From: a virus
Lineage: Duplodnaviria; Caudoviricetes
Virus record (IMG/VR): IMGVR_UViG_3300046804_002963
Coordinates: 1,187 to 65,186 of that record
Strand: one strand, 5' to 3'
DNA length: 64,000 nt
Part shown: piece after piece, positions 33,063 through 43,500 of the stretch
How the letters are laid out: each line of letters begins with the position of its first letter
Numbering within the stretch: the first letter of the stretch is position 1
Made by a program: the position numbers and the translations under genes
The notes under the pieces: model-generated
Database searches by the model: none
Told to the model about the DNA's origin: nothing
What the model saw: only the letters and a program-made list of their open reading frames with translations

Positions 33063-35243
33063 TTACCTTACAACCGTAATATAAACATAAGCGCTATCAT
33101 AAGCACCAAAATTAGAAGAATTTATTGAAATATCAAAACAAGACGTGTTAGGTATTGTGTTGTAAGATAAATTAACCATTACCGGATCTGTTGAATTAGA
33201 TTCAGCTCTACACATGCCTGTAACTATATAATTTTCATCTGTTTGCTTATTATCAAAGAATATTCTATAACTACCTATATTTAGTTTTGTTACATAAGCA
33301 ATATTATTATTAGAACGCATAACTTGATTAGAATTATTAGAACCGGTTCCGTTAAAATTTACCCATGCTTGTAAACCAGATGTAGTACCTTTAGATCCTG
33401 TATAACCTATACCTGTTGATCCTGTATATCCAATTGAACCTGAGTAACCTAGATCCCCTCTTGATCCATCATAACCGGTTGAACCAGCATATCCTATAGA
33501 ACCTGTATAGCCTTTACCGCCAAATCCTTGAGAACCAGTATAACCTACTGCTGCATATGCACCACTAGAACCAGTAAAGCCTTTAGCGCCTCTAGGTCCT
33601 TTAGCAATACCTACCCAGTTATTAGCGTCTTCATAAAAAATATTTAAAATACCGTTATCTGTATCCCACCAGAACGTTCCGTTGTTTGGAGTGGGAGGAC
33701 CAGAATTACTCATATAAACTACTGTATAACCTTCACGACCAGCTGAACCTCTATAACCGGTTGAACCTCTATAACCGGTTGAACCAAAATAGCCAGCCTC
33801 TGCAAAGTATCTTACTTCTATATCAGAATTAATAGCAGGCTCGCTAATAAAATCGATATATGATACTTCAGTGTTTACATTATAATCAGTAAACGGCATC
33901 TGTAGTAGACCGTTTACTGTGACTAGAATAGTAACTGGATTGGTAACTGTATAGTTTAAAGGATAAGAAATAGATCCATTAGCAACAAAGAATTCAACGG
34001 TACTAGGAGCTCCTATCGGGCCCACAGAACCAGTATAACCTCTTCCTCCAGCAATGCCACTACTTCCAGTATGTCCAATAGAACCAGTATATCCTATTCC
34101 AACTGAACCTGTGTACCCTGCTCCAATAGAACCAGTATATCCTAAAGAGCCTGTATATCCTGTTGTGCCTCCTGGTGCACCTGCTGAGCCTTGATAACCT
34201 ACTGACCCCTTATATCCTACAGAACCTGTATAACCTGCAGGTGAGAAATATTTTATTTCTATATCAGAATTTAATGGTGGAGCATTAAAAAGTAGTAGCT
34301 TATATTGATCAGGGGCATTATAATTTACTGTGTAATCAATATCTGCTAATTGTACTAATCCATTTACTATTACGAATATGTGAAATGAATTAGATACAGG
34401 GAGTGATAAGTTATATTCAGTAATAGAACCGTTACTTACAAATTGTTCGCATAATGTAGGTGCACCAGCTGGACCCATTTGTCCTCTAGAGCCGGTATAA
34501 CCTGGAAAACCTCGAGGTCCTAGCGATCCGGTAAAACCAGTTGATCCCATATAACCGGTAGGACCTCTATCACCTACTGCTCCTACAGATCCTCTGTATC
34601 CGGTTGAACCTGGTACACTTCCAAAGTATCTTATTTCTATATCTGAATTATTCTCTGGTACGTTTATAAAAGTGATAATATCATCTTCAACCGTATAATC
34701 CAGAGATGGTAGTTGCATAAGTCCGTTAACAACTACAAATATGTACTCTGGTTTACCAGTATTTTCTAATAGATTATACGTATCACTTCCGTCAGCAACA
34801 AAAAATTGAGTATCAGTGGGACGTCCTGTTAAACCTCTTGACCCGGTATACCCAATACCAGTGTCACCTCTATCGCCTTTTGAACCTGTATATCCAGTAG
34901 GACCACCTGGAGCTCCTGGTGCACCTTCTGACCCTTGATATCCTTCATCGCCTCTAGAACCTTGATATCCTGGACCTCCTGCTCCTACTGAACCTTGATA
35001 TCCAACAGATCCTGTATAACCAGTATTATTTGCAGCAAAAATTTTTACTTCAATATCTGTTTTATTTACTGGAGGATATACAAAGGTTACAACACCATTA
35101 AAAATGGTGTAATCAATTTCAGCTAACTGTGACAACCCATTCACAATAACAAGCGCACTTTCAGTGCTTACATTACTAGTTAACGTGAATTGAGTGTTGC
35201 TTCCGTTACCTTGAAAATATTGACTGTTAATTACAATGGCCAT
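33063..35243 (-). CDS. Collagen-like fibre protein with four F..[DN]G/NGL.Q domains
   Basis: Four ~65-aa domains ending DIE[IV][RK].F, alternating with GYxGS tracts; C-terminal AWVNFNG...G.Y.I.F domain. Confidence 0.85.
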   Translation of the reverse strand: MAIVINSQYFQGNGSNTQFTLTSNVSTESALVIVNGLSQLAEIDYTIFNGVVTFVYPPVNKTDIEVKIFAANNTGYTGSVGYQGSVGAGGPGYQGSRGDEGYQGSEGAPGAPGGPTGYTGSKGDRGDTGIGYTGSRGLTGRPTDTQFFVADGSDTYNLLENTGKPEYIFVVVNGLMQLPSLDYTVEDDIITFINVPENNSDIEIRYFGSVPGSTGYRGSVGAVGDRGPTGYMGSTGFTGSLGPRGFPGYTGSRGQMGPAGAPTLCEQFVSNGSITEYNLSLPVSNSFHIFVIVNGLVQLADIDYTVNYNAPDQYKLLLFNAPPLNSDIEIKYFSPAGYTGSVGYKGSVGYQGSAGAPGGTTGYTGSLGYTGSIGAGYTGSVGIGYTGSIGHTGSSGIAGGRGYTGSVGPIGAPSTVEFFVANGSISYPLNYTVTNPVTILVTVNGLLQMPFTDYNVNTEVSYIDFISEPAINSDIEVRYFAEAGYFGSTGYRGSTGYRGSAGREGYTVVYMSNSGPPTPNNGTFWWDTDNGILNIFYEDANNWVGIAKGPRGAKGFTGSSGAYAAVGYTGSQGFGGKGYTGSIGYAGSTGYDGSRGDLGYSGSIGYTGSTGIGYTGSKGTTSGLQAWVNFNGTGSNNSNQVMRSNNNIAYVTKLNIGSYRIFFDNKQTDENYIVTGMCRAESNSTDPVMVNLSYNTIPNTSCFDISINSSNFGAYDSAYVYITVVR

Positions 35244-35246
35244 GAG

Positions 35247-35274
35247 TTGCCTAAATTAGCGTAAGATATATAAT
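35247..35274 (+). promoter_or_regulatory. Sigma70-like promoter for the glycosyltransferase (TTGCCT-N16-TATAAT)
   Basis: TTGCCT 35247-35252, TATAAT 35269-35274, SD GAGG 35298-35301, ATG 35307. Confidence 0.55.
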
Positions 35275-35288
35275 AATGATATTCGTTA

Positions 35289-35296
35289 TATTTATG
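35289..35296 (-). promoter_or_regulatory. Late promoter variant CATAAATA driving the collagen fibre genes
   Basis: ATAAATA core about 45 nt upstream of ATG 35243. Confidence 0.55.
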
Positions 35297-35306
35297 TGAG
35301 GTTATT

Positions 35307-38165
35307 ATGGATCGTATTTCGATCGCTTTTCTTGATTTAATTGGTCTAGTCTATGATGGTAATGCTTTAAATAAGCGCGGACTAGGCGGTTCAGAATCAG
35401 CTATTATTCTTATGTCTCGCGAACTCGTCAAGCTTGGTTTTGACGTTACAGTTTTTTGTGCATGCGAAGACGAAGATAATAAGCCTGGTACATATGATGG
35501 TGTAGTCTATAGACCTGTTGAATCGCTTGATAAAAACGACAAATTTGACATTGTAATCTCATCACGCACTGTTATACCATTTGTTCCAGATTGGATGTAT
35601 GAGCATTTTGATACATCTACTGCATTTCCTTGCAAGCTCTTTAAGACTATTCGTGATAATGCAAAGTATCGTATTCTTTGGATGCATGATACATTTTGCC
35701 GTGGTGATCAGGCTATCGAAGATCTTCTAGTGTACGGTAATATTGACAAAATTTTTACACTCAGCGATTTTCATACATCATATATCACTAACTGCGATCA
35801 TGGTTATAAGAAACGTAATTTTGAAGTTCTTAAGAATAAAACATTTATTACTCGCAACGGTGCAGTAAATTATTTTGATGAAGTAGATATTTCACAAAAG
35901 GATCCCTTCCTTTACGTTTATAATGCTTCACTTACTAAGGGAATGATTCCTCTTATTGATTATATTTGGCCAGAATTTAAAAAGCGTGTTCCTGAAGCTA
36001 AACTTAAAGTTATTGGTGGTTACTATAAGTTTCGTTCAGATGGTCCATTAGACGAACAGGGTGTTCGCTGGCATCAGCTTGTTAAAGAACAGAAGTATAA
36101 AGATCTTGATATTGATTTTACAGGTATTATTCCTCAGAGAGAGATTGCTGAAATTCTTTCTCGTGCTTCTTTCTTTGCATACCCTTGCGCTTTTCCGGAA
36201 ACGTTTGGTATCTCTACACTCGAATCACTTCTCTACAATACACCTGTGCTTGGTACACGCTTTGGTGCATTAGAAGAGACAGCTGTAGAAGCTGCATCAT
36301 ATCTTATAGATTATGCTATTGAACCAAATGGTCTGTTTCCTAAGATTGATGCTTCAGAACAAAATGCTAAATTTGTTGAAATGATGGTACGCGCTCATCA
36401 TGATAGTTACTTACACCAACAAAAGCAATACTATTGCAATATTGTTAAAGATGTTGCTGGGTGGGATACAGTAGCTCTTCAATGGAAGCAGCATTTTTAT
36501 AAGTTTTTTAAGAAATACCTTCCTGTAGAAGAATATAGAAACGTATCTTATATTAATGATAAGGTACATCGAGTGTTTGGACGCCGCTTTAGTAATCCTC
36601 AAGAATGGAATACACTTAAAGCTAATAAAGAACGTCACATTAATATTATTAGTCCATTTTATAATGCTGAGAACTATATTAAAGATTTAATTATGTCTAC
36701 TGCAACTCAAGATTATGAGTCGTGGACACATTATCTTTTAGATGACAGTTCAACTGATGATTCATTAAAGGTGCTAGTTGAAACATTAGCAGAATTACCA
36801 GTACATTTGCGAGCCAAATATAAGATTGCAGCATATAAAGAAAATAGAGGTGCAGTACGCAATCAGGTAGATGCTATCCGTGATTGTCAAGATGGCTCTC
36901 TTATCATGTTGCTGGATGGTGATGATTGTCTTATGCCAGACAATAACATTTTTAACTACTATAACCGTCTTTTCGAAAATGATAAGACTGAATATGCTTA
37001 TGGAAGTTGCTGGTCACTAGCAGATAATATACCGCTTATTGCGCAACCATATCCGTTGGAAGTAAGAAGAAATAAGTCTTATCGCACTCACAAATTTAAC
37101 TGGGGTATGCCATACCCACATTTACGAGTATTTCGTAAAGATCTTATCAATAATCTTGAAGACTATCTCTTCCAAGATGAAGCAGGCGAATGGTACCGCG
37201 CAGGTGGCGATAATGCTACTTTCTATAATATTATTGAACAAGCAGATCCAGATAAAATCGTTGCAGTTCAAGATATTTTCTACATTTATAACGATAAAAA
37301 TCCACTAAACGATTATAAAGTTAATGGTGAGATTCAAAACATTAATGCAGGTAAAATTGCTAATCGAGTTTATAAGCAACCTGCTGCAACACCAAGAAAC
37401 GCTGGTAGAAGTAGAAATAATTTAGGAAATTCTGCCAATAACCCACAACCACTTCCAGTTATTGAAATAGATCCTACTATCTCTAGAGTACCTCTCTCAT
37501 TTAAAACAAATGAAGGAAGAGAGAGTATTCAGGATAGTGAAACGGAGGATAGTAATATTACTAAAAAGAAGAAAATATTAATTGCAATCCCTATGGCAAA
37601 ATATATTGAAGTGCAGACATTTAAAGCTGTTTATGATCTTGATGTACCAGATAATGTAGAGACAGTATTTCAATACTTCTATGGTTATAATGTAGACCAG
37701 GTACGTAATCTCATTGCAGATTGGGTAGTCAAAGGAGACTATGATTATCTGTTTGCAGTTGACTACGATATTGCTTTCCCTTCAGATACTCTTACTAAGT
37801 TCCTATCATATGATAAGGACGCAGTTTCAGCTATCTACAAGCAACGTGTACCTGATAGACAAACAATAGAAGTCTTTAAGAAGAATGAACAAGGTGGATA
37901 TTATCATATTCCTTATGATGAACTTAAAGATAAGGGGTTAGTAGAAGTTGACGCATGTGGATTTGGTTGCGTACTTATTAAACGTAAAGTGTTTGAAGAT
38001 ATTGGATATCCTCAATTTGAATACAAGTCTGCAATCAGTCATGAGCATACATTCTCAGAAGATCTTGACTTCTGCAGAAAAGCTACAAATTTAGGATTTA
38101 AGATTTATGCCGATACAAGTGTGATATGTGATCACTACGGCCAATATAATTTTAGAATATCTTAA
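35307..38165 (+). CDS. Three-domain glycosyltransferase (GT4/GT-B + GT2 + GT2-like GT-A)
   Basis: aa ~1-440: GLGGSE, ILWMHD, ETFGISTLE (EX7E). aa ~442-690: IISPFYNAENYI, LLDDSSTDDS, LLDGDD. aa ~753-952: ILIAIP, LFAVDYD, GFGCVLIKRKVFE, SEDLDFC, H near C-terminus. Confidence 0.9.
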   Translation: MDRISIAFLDLIGLVYDGNALNKRGLGGSESAIILMSRELVKLGFDVTVFCACEDEDNKPGTYDGVVYRPVESLDKNDKFDIVISSRTVIPFVPDWMYEHFDTSTAFPCKLFKTIRDNAKYRILWMHDTFCRGDQAIEDLLVYGNIDKIFTLSDFHTSYITNCDHGYKKRNFEVLKNKTFITRNGAVNYFDEVDISQKDPFLYVYNASLTKGMIPLIDYIWPEFKKRVPEAKLKVIGGYYKFRSDGPLDEQGVRWHQLVKEQKYKDLDIDFTGIIPQREIAEILSRASFFAYPCAFPETFGISTLESLLYNTPVLGTRFGALEETAVEAASYLIDYAIEPNGLFPKIDASEQNAKFVEMMVRAHHDSYLHQQKQYYCNIVKDVAGWDTVALQWKQHFYKFFKKYLPVEEYRNVSYINDKVHRVFGRRFSNPQEWNTLKANKERHINIISPFYNAENYIKDLIMSTATQDYESWTHYLLDDSSTDDSLKVLVETLAELPVHLRAKYKIAAYKENRGAVRNQVDAIRDCQDGSLIMLLDGDDCLMPDNNIFNYYNRLFENDKTEYAYGSCWSLADNIPLIAQPYPLEVRRNKSYRTHKFNWGMPYPHLRVFRKDLINNLEDYLFQDEAGEWYRAGGDNATFYNIIEQADPDKIVAVQDIFYIYNDKNPLNDYKVNGEIQNINAGKIANRVYKQPAATPRNAGRSRNNLGNSANNPQPLPVIEIDPTISRVPLSFKTNEGRESIQDSETEDSNITKKKKILIAIPMAKYIEVQTFKAVYDLDVPDNVETVFQYFYGYNVDQVRNLIADWVVKGDYDYLFAVDYDIAFPSDTLTKFLSYDKDAVSAIYKQRVPDRQTIEVFKKNEQGGYYHIPYDELKDKGLVEVDACGFGCVLIKRKVFEDIGYPQFEYKSAISHEHTFSEDLDFCRKATNLGFKIYADTSVICDHYGQYNFRIS

Positions 38166-38368
38166 AAGAAACTAGGAACATCGTTATTAGTTCTTGGCAC
38201 TGTTGGTGTGGTGCCAAGAACATCAGATGCTCTCTGCTTAAGTACAGATAATGTTTCTATAATTCCATTATTATTTTTACAAATTATTTTAGTTTCTAGA
38301 GGTGCAGTTCTAGCAACAGTAACTAAAATATTATCATATTTTCTTATAGTTATTTTAGTATCACGCAT
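38162..38368 (-). CDS. Small hypothetical protein
   Basis: 68 aa, start overlaps the upstream stop (TAATG) in the - strand operon. Confidence 0.55.
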   Translation of the reverse strand: MRDTKITIRKYDNILVTVARTAPLETKIICKNNNGIIETLSVLKQRASDVLGTTPTVPRTNNDVPSFF

Positions 38369-38694
38369 TAGCGTGTTACTCCAGGATTAACTGTTATAAA
38401 ACCTTCAATAATTCTAGAAGTGACATTATTAGCAGACAGTTCTAAATCATATACATATCTTAATTGATTTAATGTTGATGTAGTTTCAGCATTCATAGAT
38501 AATGATATTAGACCAGCTCCTCCATCTACAGTAACATTCATAGATACCGAATTAGAAGAAGTGTATGTTCTTCTTAGTTGAGCTTCTCCGGTATAACCAC
38601 TGATATCAAATATATTACCGTCTTCATCTATAAGATATAAATTGTAGATAAAGTTAGCACCTTGATCGACAATAAGGTTAGTCTTTATTGCCAT
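38368..38694 (-). CDS. Conserved T4-like virion structural protein (NLIVDQGA type)
   Basis: NLIVDQGANF...DISGYTGEAQLR...G.ISLSM...RYVYDLE...RIIEG.ITV.PGVTR. Confidence 0.8.
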   Translation of the reverse strand: MAIKTNLIVDQGANFIYNLYLIDEDGNIFDISGYTGEAQLRRTYTSSNSVSMNVTVDGGAGLISLSMNAETTSTLNQLRYVYDLELSANNVTSRIIEGFITVNPGVTR

Positions 38695-40355
38695 TCGTTT
38701 ACCTTATAAGGGTTCTTTAGTCTATCTACTTCTTTAGATAGATCTTTAATAGCTTCTATAAGCAATGCTACAATTCTATCATACTTAACAGCTTTTGTAC
38801 CATCTTCTCTAGTTGTAACTACTTCTGGTAATACCTGCTCAATTTCTTGCGCGATTACACCTACGTCATGTTTACGTATAAATGTACCGTCTTCACCACC
38901 GTGAGTTGCAATATAATCATCAGTCCAGTCAAATTCTACACCTCTAATAGCGTTTACTTTTGCTATAGCATCCATAATTGGTAGAACGTTTTCTTTTAAT
39001 CTCTCATCTGATGAATAATAAGAAGTAATATTATCTGTAGCTCTTATCTCACCCGTTACGCCAGATGCACCAGTACCTACACCAAGTGATTTTACTTGAA
39101 GGTCATATGTTGGTCCAATATTAGGAATAGTGAACCAGCTTAATTTACCTGAACCATCAGTGGTTAGCAATTGACCTGCAAGACCAGCATCACCTGGTAA
39201 TGTTAGAGTATATGCACCAGCAGCTGCATTTGCTTGCAATTTAATAGAACCAGATGTGCTACCTAGTACTCTAATAGCACCATTTACAACTAATCTTTCA
39301 TTAATTCCGTTTCCAGTAATACCAATACCTAGGAACGAATTAGCAAAGTATGATAATGTTTCATCTACTCTAAATTGTTCTAATAAAGTTGGAGTACCAC
39401 CAGTGGTTGCTCCCTTAAAGTTACCAAATTCTAATTTAGTCTCACCCATTCTTAAATATTGACCAGAGGTGTTACCTGCTACATCAGAATTATCAAGTGC
39501 TTTATAAAGGTTTCTTGTAATCCAGGAAGCATTACCAGCAGCATTATAAAAGAATGATCTATTATCATTACCTACCCAAGAATGACTAAAACTTAATGCA
39601 TTTCCAGTTAAAGATACATTGCTGGTTAGTTTTAATGGGTATAAGAAAGCAACATTGGCGCCAGTAAAATATACATTGCTAGTTATTGTATTTACAGATA
39701 ATACATTGCAATTAATAGTGTTTGCCCAGATAGTATTAGCATGGATATTAGTAATCCATAAATCAGTTGCAGTCATCTTGGCATTAACGACGTAGGTGCC
39801 TAGAGGGTTATCATACACCTCAACCATTTTACGTGTTACATAAACGTTAGCTTCATTATCACCAAAACTGGCCGCGTTAGACACATTAATGTATCTAGAA
39901 TTAGCAGTATAAGTGTATGTAAATGTATTAGCTATCTTAGTAACACCTACCTGAACTGAGTTTGCAGAGTAGATGTCATTAGCTGTAATATTAGCAGAAT
40001 TAAGGATAGAAGAACCAATTGCTGCTTGTGTGCTAGTTAAAATAGCAGCACCACCATTTACTGATATTCCATTAGCGTTATAAACAGTATTTGAAGATGA
40101 ACTAGTTTGAATTAAAAGAGTAGTAGAGTTAGCAATTGCATTAGATGTTGAAGTGCTAAAACTTACAATACCAGTGTTTGGAACGTTAAATACGTTAGCG
40201 GTAAACCAACCAGATACTGCAGCATTACCTAGCGCTGTATTTGATTGAGTTGTAACTGCAAATGTTTTAATAGCAAAGAGAGCTTGATTGGTTCTGGTAA
40301 CCCATCCACCAAAAGAGTCTGTGCTTGTTTCTACGTTAGCTATAGCTATTGTCAT
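38685..40355 (-). CDS. Tail fibre with C-terminal intramolecular chaperone (peptidase S74)
   Basis: YYSSDERLKENV...RGVEFDW...DVGVIAQEIEQVLPEVV...VKYDRIVALLIEAIKDL; N-terminal TDSFGGWVTRTN attachment motif. Confidence 0.88.
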   Translation of the reverse strand: MTIAIANVETSTDSFGGWVTRTNQALFAIKTFAVTTQSNTALGNAAVSGWFTANVFNVPNTGIVSFSTSTSNAIANSTTLLIQTSSSSNTVYNANGISVNGGAAILTSTQAAIGSSILNSANITANDIYSANSVQVGVTKIANTFTYTYTANSRYINVSNAASFGDNEANVYVTRKMVEVYDNPLGTYVVNAKMTATDLWITNIHANTIWANTINCNVLSVNTITSNVYFTGANVAFLYPLKLTSNVSLTGNALSFSHSWVGNDNRSFFYNAAGNASWITRNLYKALDNSDVAGNTSGQYLRMGETKLEFGNFKGATTGGTPTLLEQFRVDETLSYFANSFLGIGITGNGINERLVVNGAIRVLGSTSGSIKLQANAAAGAYTLTLPGDAGLAGQLLTTDGSGKLSWFTIPNIGPTYDLQVKSLGVGTGASGVTGEIRATDNITSYYSSDERLKENVLPIMDAIAKVNAIRGVEFDWTDDYIATHGGEDGTFIRKHDVGVIAQEIEQVLPEVVTTREDGTKAVKYDRIVALLIEAIKDLSKEVDRLKNPYKVNEWQ

Positions 40356-40570
40356 TTATTTTTTTCCAAAACCTTTAGTAGTAGCTCTTTAATATCATTC
40401 AAATCATTTTTAATTGATTCTACTTCTTCTTCTACTTTATTTATTTTAGTTGCAGCGTTATGCATTTCAATTAACTTTTTACGCTGCATACGGTACTGTT
40501 CTAAACCATTATCGTCAGTACTTACAACAGTACCTTTATTAATAAATTTCTCAGAATTTTTAGCTAACAT
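40352..40570 (-). CDS. Small coiled-coil protein following VrlC
   Basis: VESIKNDLNDIKELLLKVL heptads; overlaps the next gene by ATGA. Confidence 0.7.
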   Translation of the reverse strand: MLAKNSEKFINKGTVVSTDDNGLEQYRMQRKKLIEMHNAATKINKVEEEVESIKNDLNDIKELLLKVLEKNK

Positions 40571-40573
40571 ATC

Positions 40574-43500
40574 TTACTTCTGTAATGCTATTGCTCTGAT
40601 ATCTCTCACAATTGGTATTGTGACAGGGTCTGTTGATAAGAATACCATCTTCAAGCAGAATGTAGAATAGCGATAGTACTGTACACCTGCAGAATCAAAG
40701 TAAGTTATACAATCAGCAGCACCTTGAGAAGAAAGTGAATTAGGATCTAAGTATGCGGTAGTTGAATTTGCTACTGAATTGCCAGTTGGAAGAGTAAATA
40801 CAAGTTCTTTATAATCTTCTCTATCTTTAGGAGAACTATAAAGTGTATATTGTGAAGTAGTTGTGAAAACTAATTCAGTCCATTCTTTAGTATCAAACAG
40901 GTCATTATCTGTTTGATTCTGAAACTTAGCGTATACCTTTACATCAGTCTTTACAGGACGATAAGCTGTCACGTAGACTAATAGATCTTCTGCTTCTTGA
41001 GTTAAAGATACATTCTTAGAAATATACTTATTGAGAGCACTACCATAACGAGTATTTTCGTTAGTAGTATCATTGTTAATTAAATTTTTAACAAAATTAA
41101 GTCTCTTAGTAGAAAGATCAACTACTGGTGATACGTATTCGTTACCAGTAAACATATCTATCACATATGTGGCAGATCCGTTAGCACCATATCCACCTTG
41201 AGCTAGTTCATTAGAATAACTACGCAATACTCTTTCATAATCACTTAATTCAAATAAACTTTCATTCTTTACTTTGAGAGGTAAAGTATCCTTAGTGAAG
41301 GAGTTAGTAGAATTACTAGTTCCAAAATAACTAATTTCTGCAATAGTGCCTACAGGCTCTAGAATAGAAAATTTAGGAACCATTCCATGATAAGCTTTAT
41401 CATCTACTGTTTTAAGAACAGCATTAGCAACTAGGTAAGTATTAGATAGATACGCTACATTTCCTACTTCTGGTACTCTAAATAATCTTAAGTGTGGGTA
41501 TGTTGTATTACTAAATTTACCTGTTGATGTATCGATAACTAACTTGTTATTTAATTCGTCAATATCTTGAATAATACCAAAAGGATAGTAAGTATTATCT
41601 ATTAAAATTTGGTTTACGTTAGCTGTATTAGCAGCATATATAACATCCCCAATAGCAGGTGCTACTGAATTGTTTGCTCTTATAATAGAATCTGTTGTTA
41701 AGTAATCATCTTTTTCGTTATTAAATACAGCCTTACCTGTTAAATATTTAAATTTAGCACGATATAGGTTAAATTTAATATCTTGAGATTGAATAGGGGT
41801 CCAGTTATTACCAGTAGATGAAGCGTACATAATTCCTACGAAAGGATTACCTGTAATAGCATTTCCAGAAACTTTATCTATTCCTCCCACCTCTGAAATC
41901 CAAAGTTCATAATCCGGATTTGCAAAGTCTGGTTCTAGATAGAAAGCATATTGTTGGTCTGATTGAAGCAATACTGGAGTTTCGAAAGTAAATACAGTTT
42001 CACCAGAAGAATCATCACTAGTAACAACCTCGCTTGATTCTTTTCTAGCATGTCCTAATATTCTATTTGTATTAGGAGCACCATTAGTAGTTTCACATAC
42101 GAATGCAGTTATGCCAAGAGATTGACTCTTCTTCTTAAAGAAAGCGCCTAATTGTGTTAAGTATATGCCAGGAATATTAGTTCCTGGAAGATTGTTAATT
42201 GTGAATGTTTGCGCAATAGGGTCTCTATTATGAGCAAGATAACCATCTGCATAGTAAGTATGATCGCCATCTAACACAAAATTATAAACTGTTTGTGTCT
42301 TGTCTATATCTTCATGTCTTTCAATACTCTTAACTATAACTGAACCATTATCAGTAATAATTTCATCACCAACATTTAATCTAGAAGTGTCAAGATAGTT
42401 AATATGTGGTTTAGCTAGACGGGTAAGAGCAGGATCTATAGACTTCCATCCACTCTTAGTTAGCAGAGGATGCTCAGAAGTAATAAAAGGACGACCCCCG
42501 TTGATACCGTAAAGGTATGGATCTCTTATTCCATCATCTAGTGGAGGATGATCAAAACCTAAAACGACATTATTTACATCTTTACCTTTGAGAATATCAC
42601 CTATCTCTACATTTTGAATTTCTTTATAGGAACCGTCTGCCATAGTAACTAGAGTACCGGCTGCAAAACAAGAAAGCCAAGTAGAGGTCGTAGTGGTAGT
42701 TGACCAATTAGCAGTATTTACTTCAACGCAAGTAGTAGGGTAGAACGTAGGATTAGTAATGTTAAAAGTAAGTTTAGTCTTTCTAGTAGAAAGAGCACTT
42801 GCCGTATACACACCTTCAGCAAAAGTTATAATAGCATCTTTTGCATTAATATCATCTACGTTAGTTAACGCTAAGATACGGTCTCCAGATCTAAAAGTGT
42901 TTGCTGGAAGATTAAAAACTAAGTATGCATTACCAGCACTATCAGAATAAATTTCACCATTATTTACATTAGAAGGATATAGAGCAGGAAAATAATCTTT
43001 ATAATTATTTACTGCTTTAAGAATATTATCTTCTTTACCTGCTGCACTTGCAATACCTACACCCCCAGCAAAATCTGGATTAACTATAGCGGGAGAACAT
43101 TTATCAGTTACGTTTACTTTATCAAAAAATGCATATAACTTTGTTAGTGGTTTTAAACCTCTAGCAATTACTGCAATTCTTCTTGGAAGCATGTAGTATA
43201 AGTTAGATACGTCAGTAACAAAATTACCAGCATCAACGTTAATGTTTTCAATATTAACACCGATGTCAGTAATTGTTCTTGTAGTTGTTTGAGAATAATA
43301 ATTTGTAGTAGTATCGTATCTTGTATTATTCTCTACATGTGAATCTACTAGAGTAGATCCTGTTAATCTTACTGGACCAACTACTGTATCAATATTCTGT
43401 GCAATTTTTGTTTGACGTAAAAATGTATTAAAAGCACCAGCAATATCAATGTTAATATTTTGTGGTGCATTATCTACGTTTTGATTTGAGTTATCATAAT

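Noticed and set aside
35307-38165. GT gene as an invertible or mobile cassette
   Set aside because: No flanking inverted repeats, recombinase or target duplication seen; its ends are tightly integrated with neighbours.
40245-40670. Other short overlapping ORFs (e.g. 40245-40670, 53929-54333, 52317-52643, 24457-24750)
   Set aside because: Antisense or out-of-frame to well-supported structural genes, with no recognisable motifs.
42227-42670. Canonical mobile intein
   Set aside because: No LAGLIDADG/HNH insert and the +1 residue is Arg, so it is reported as a BIL-like Hint domain instead.
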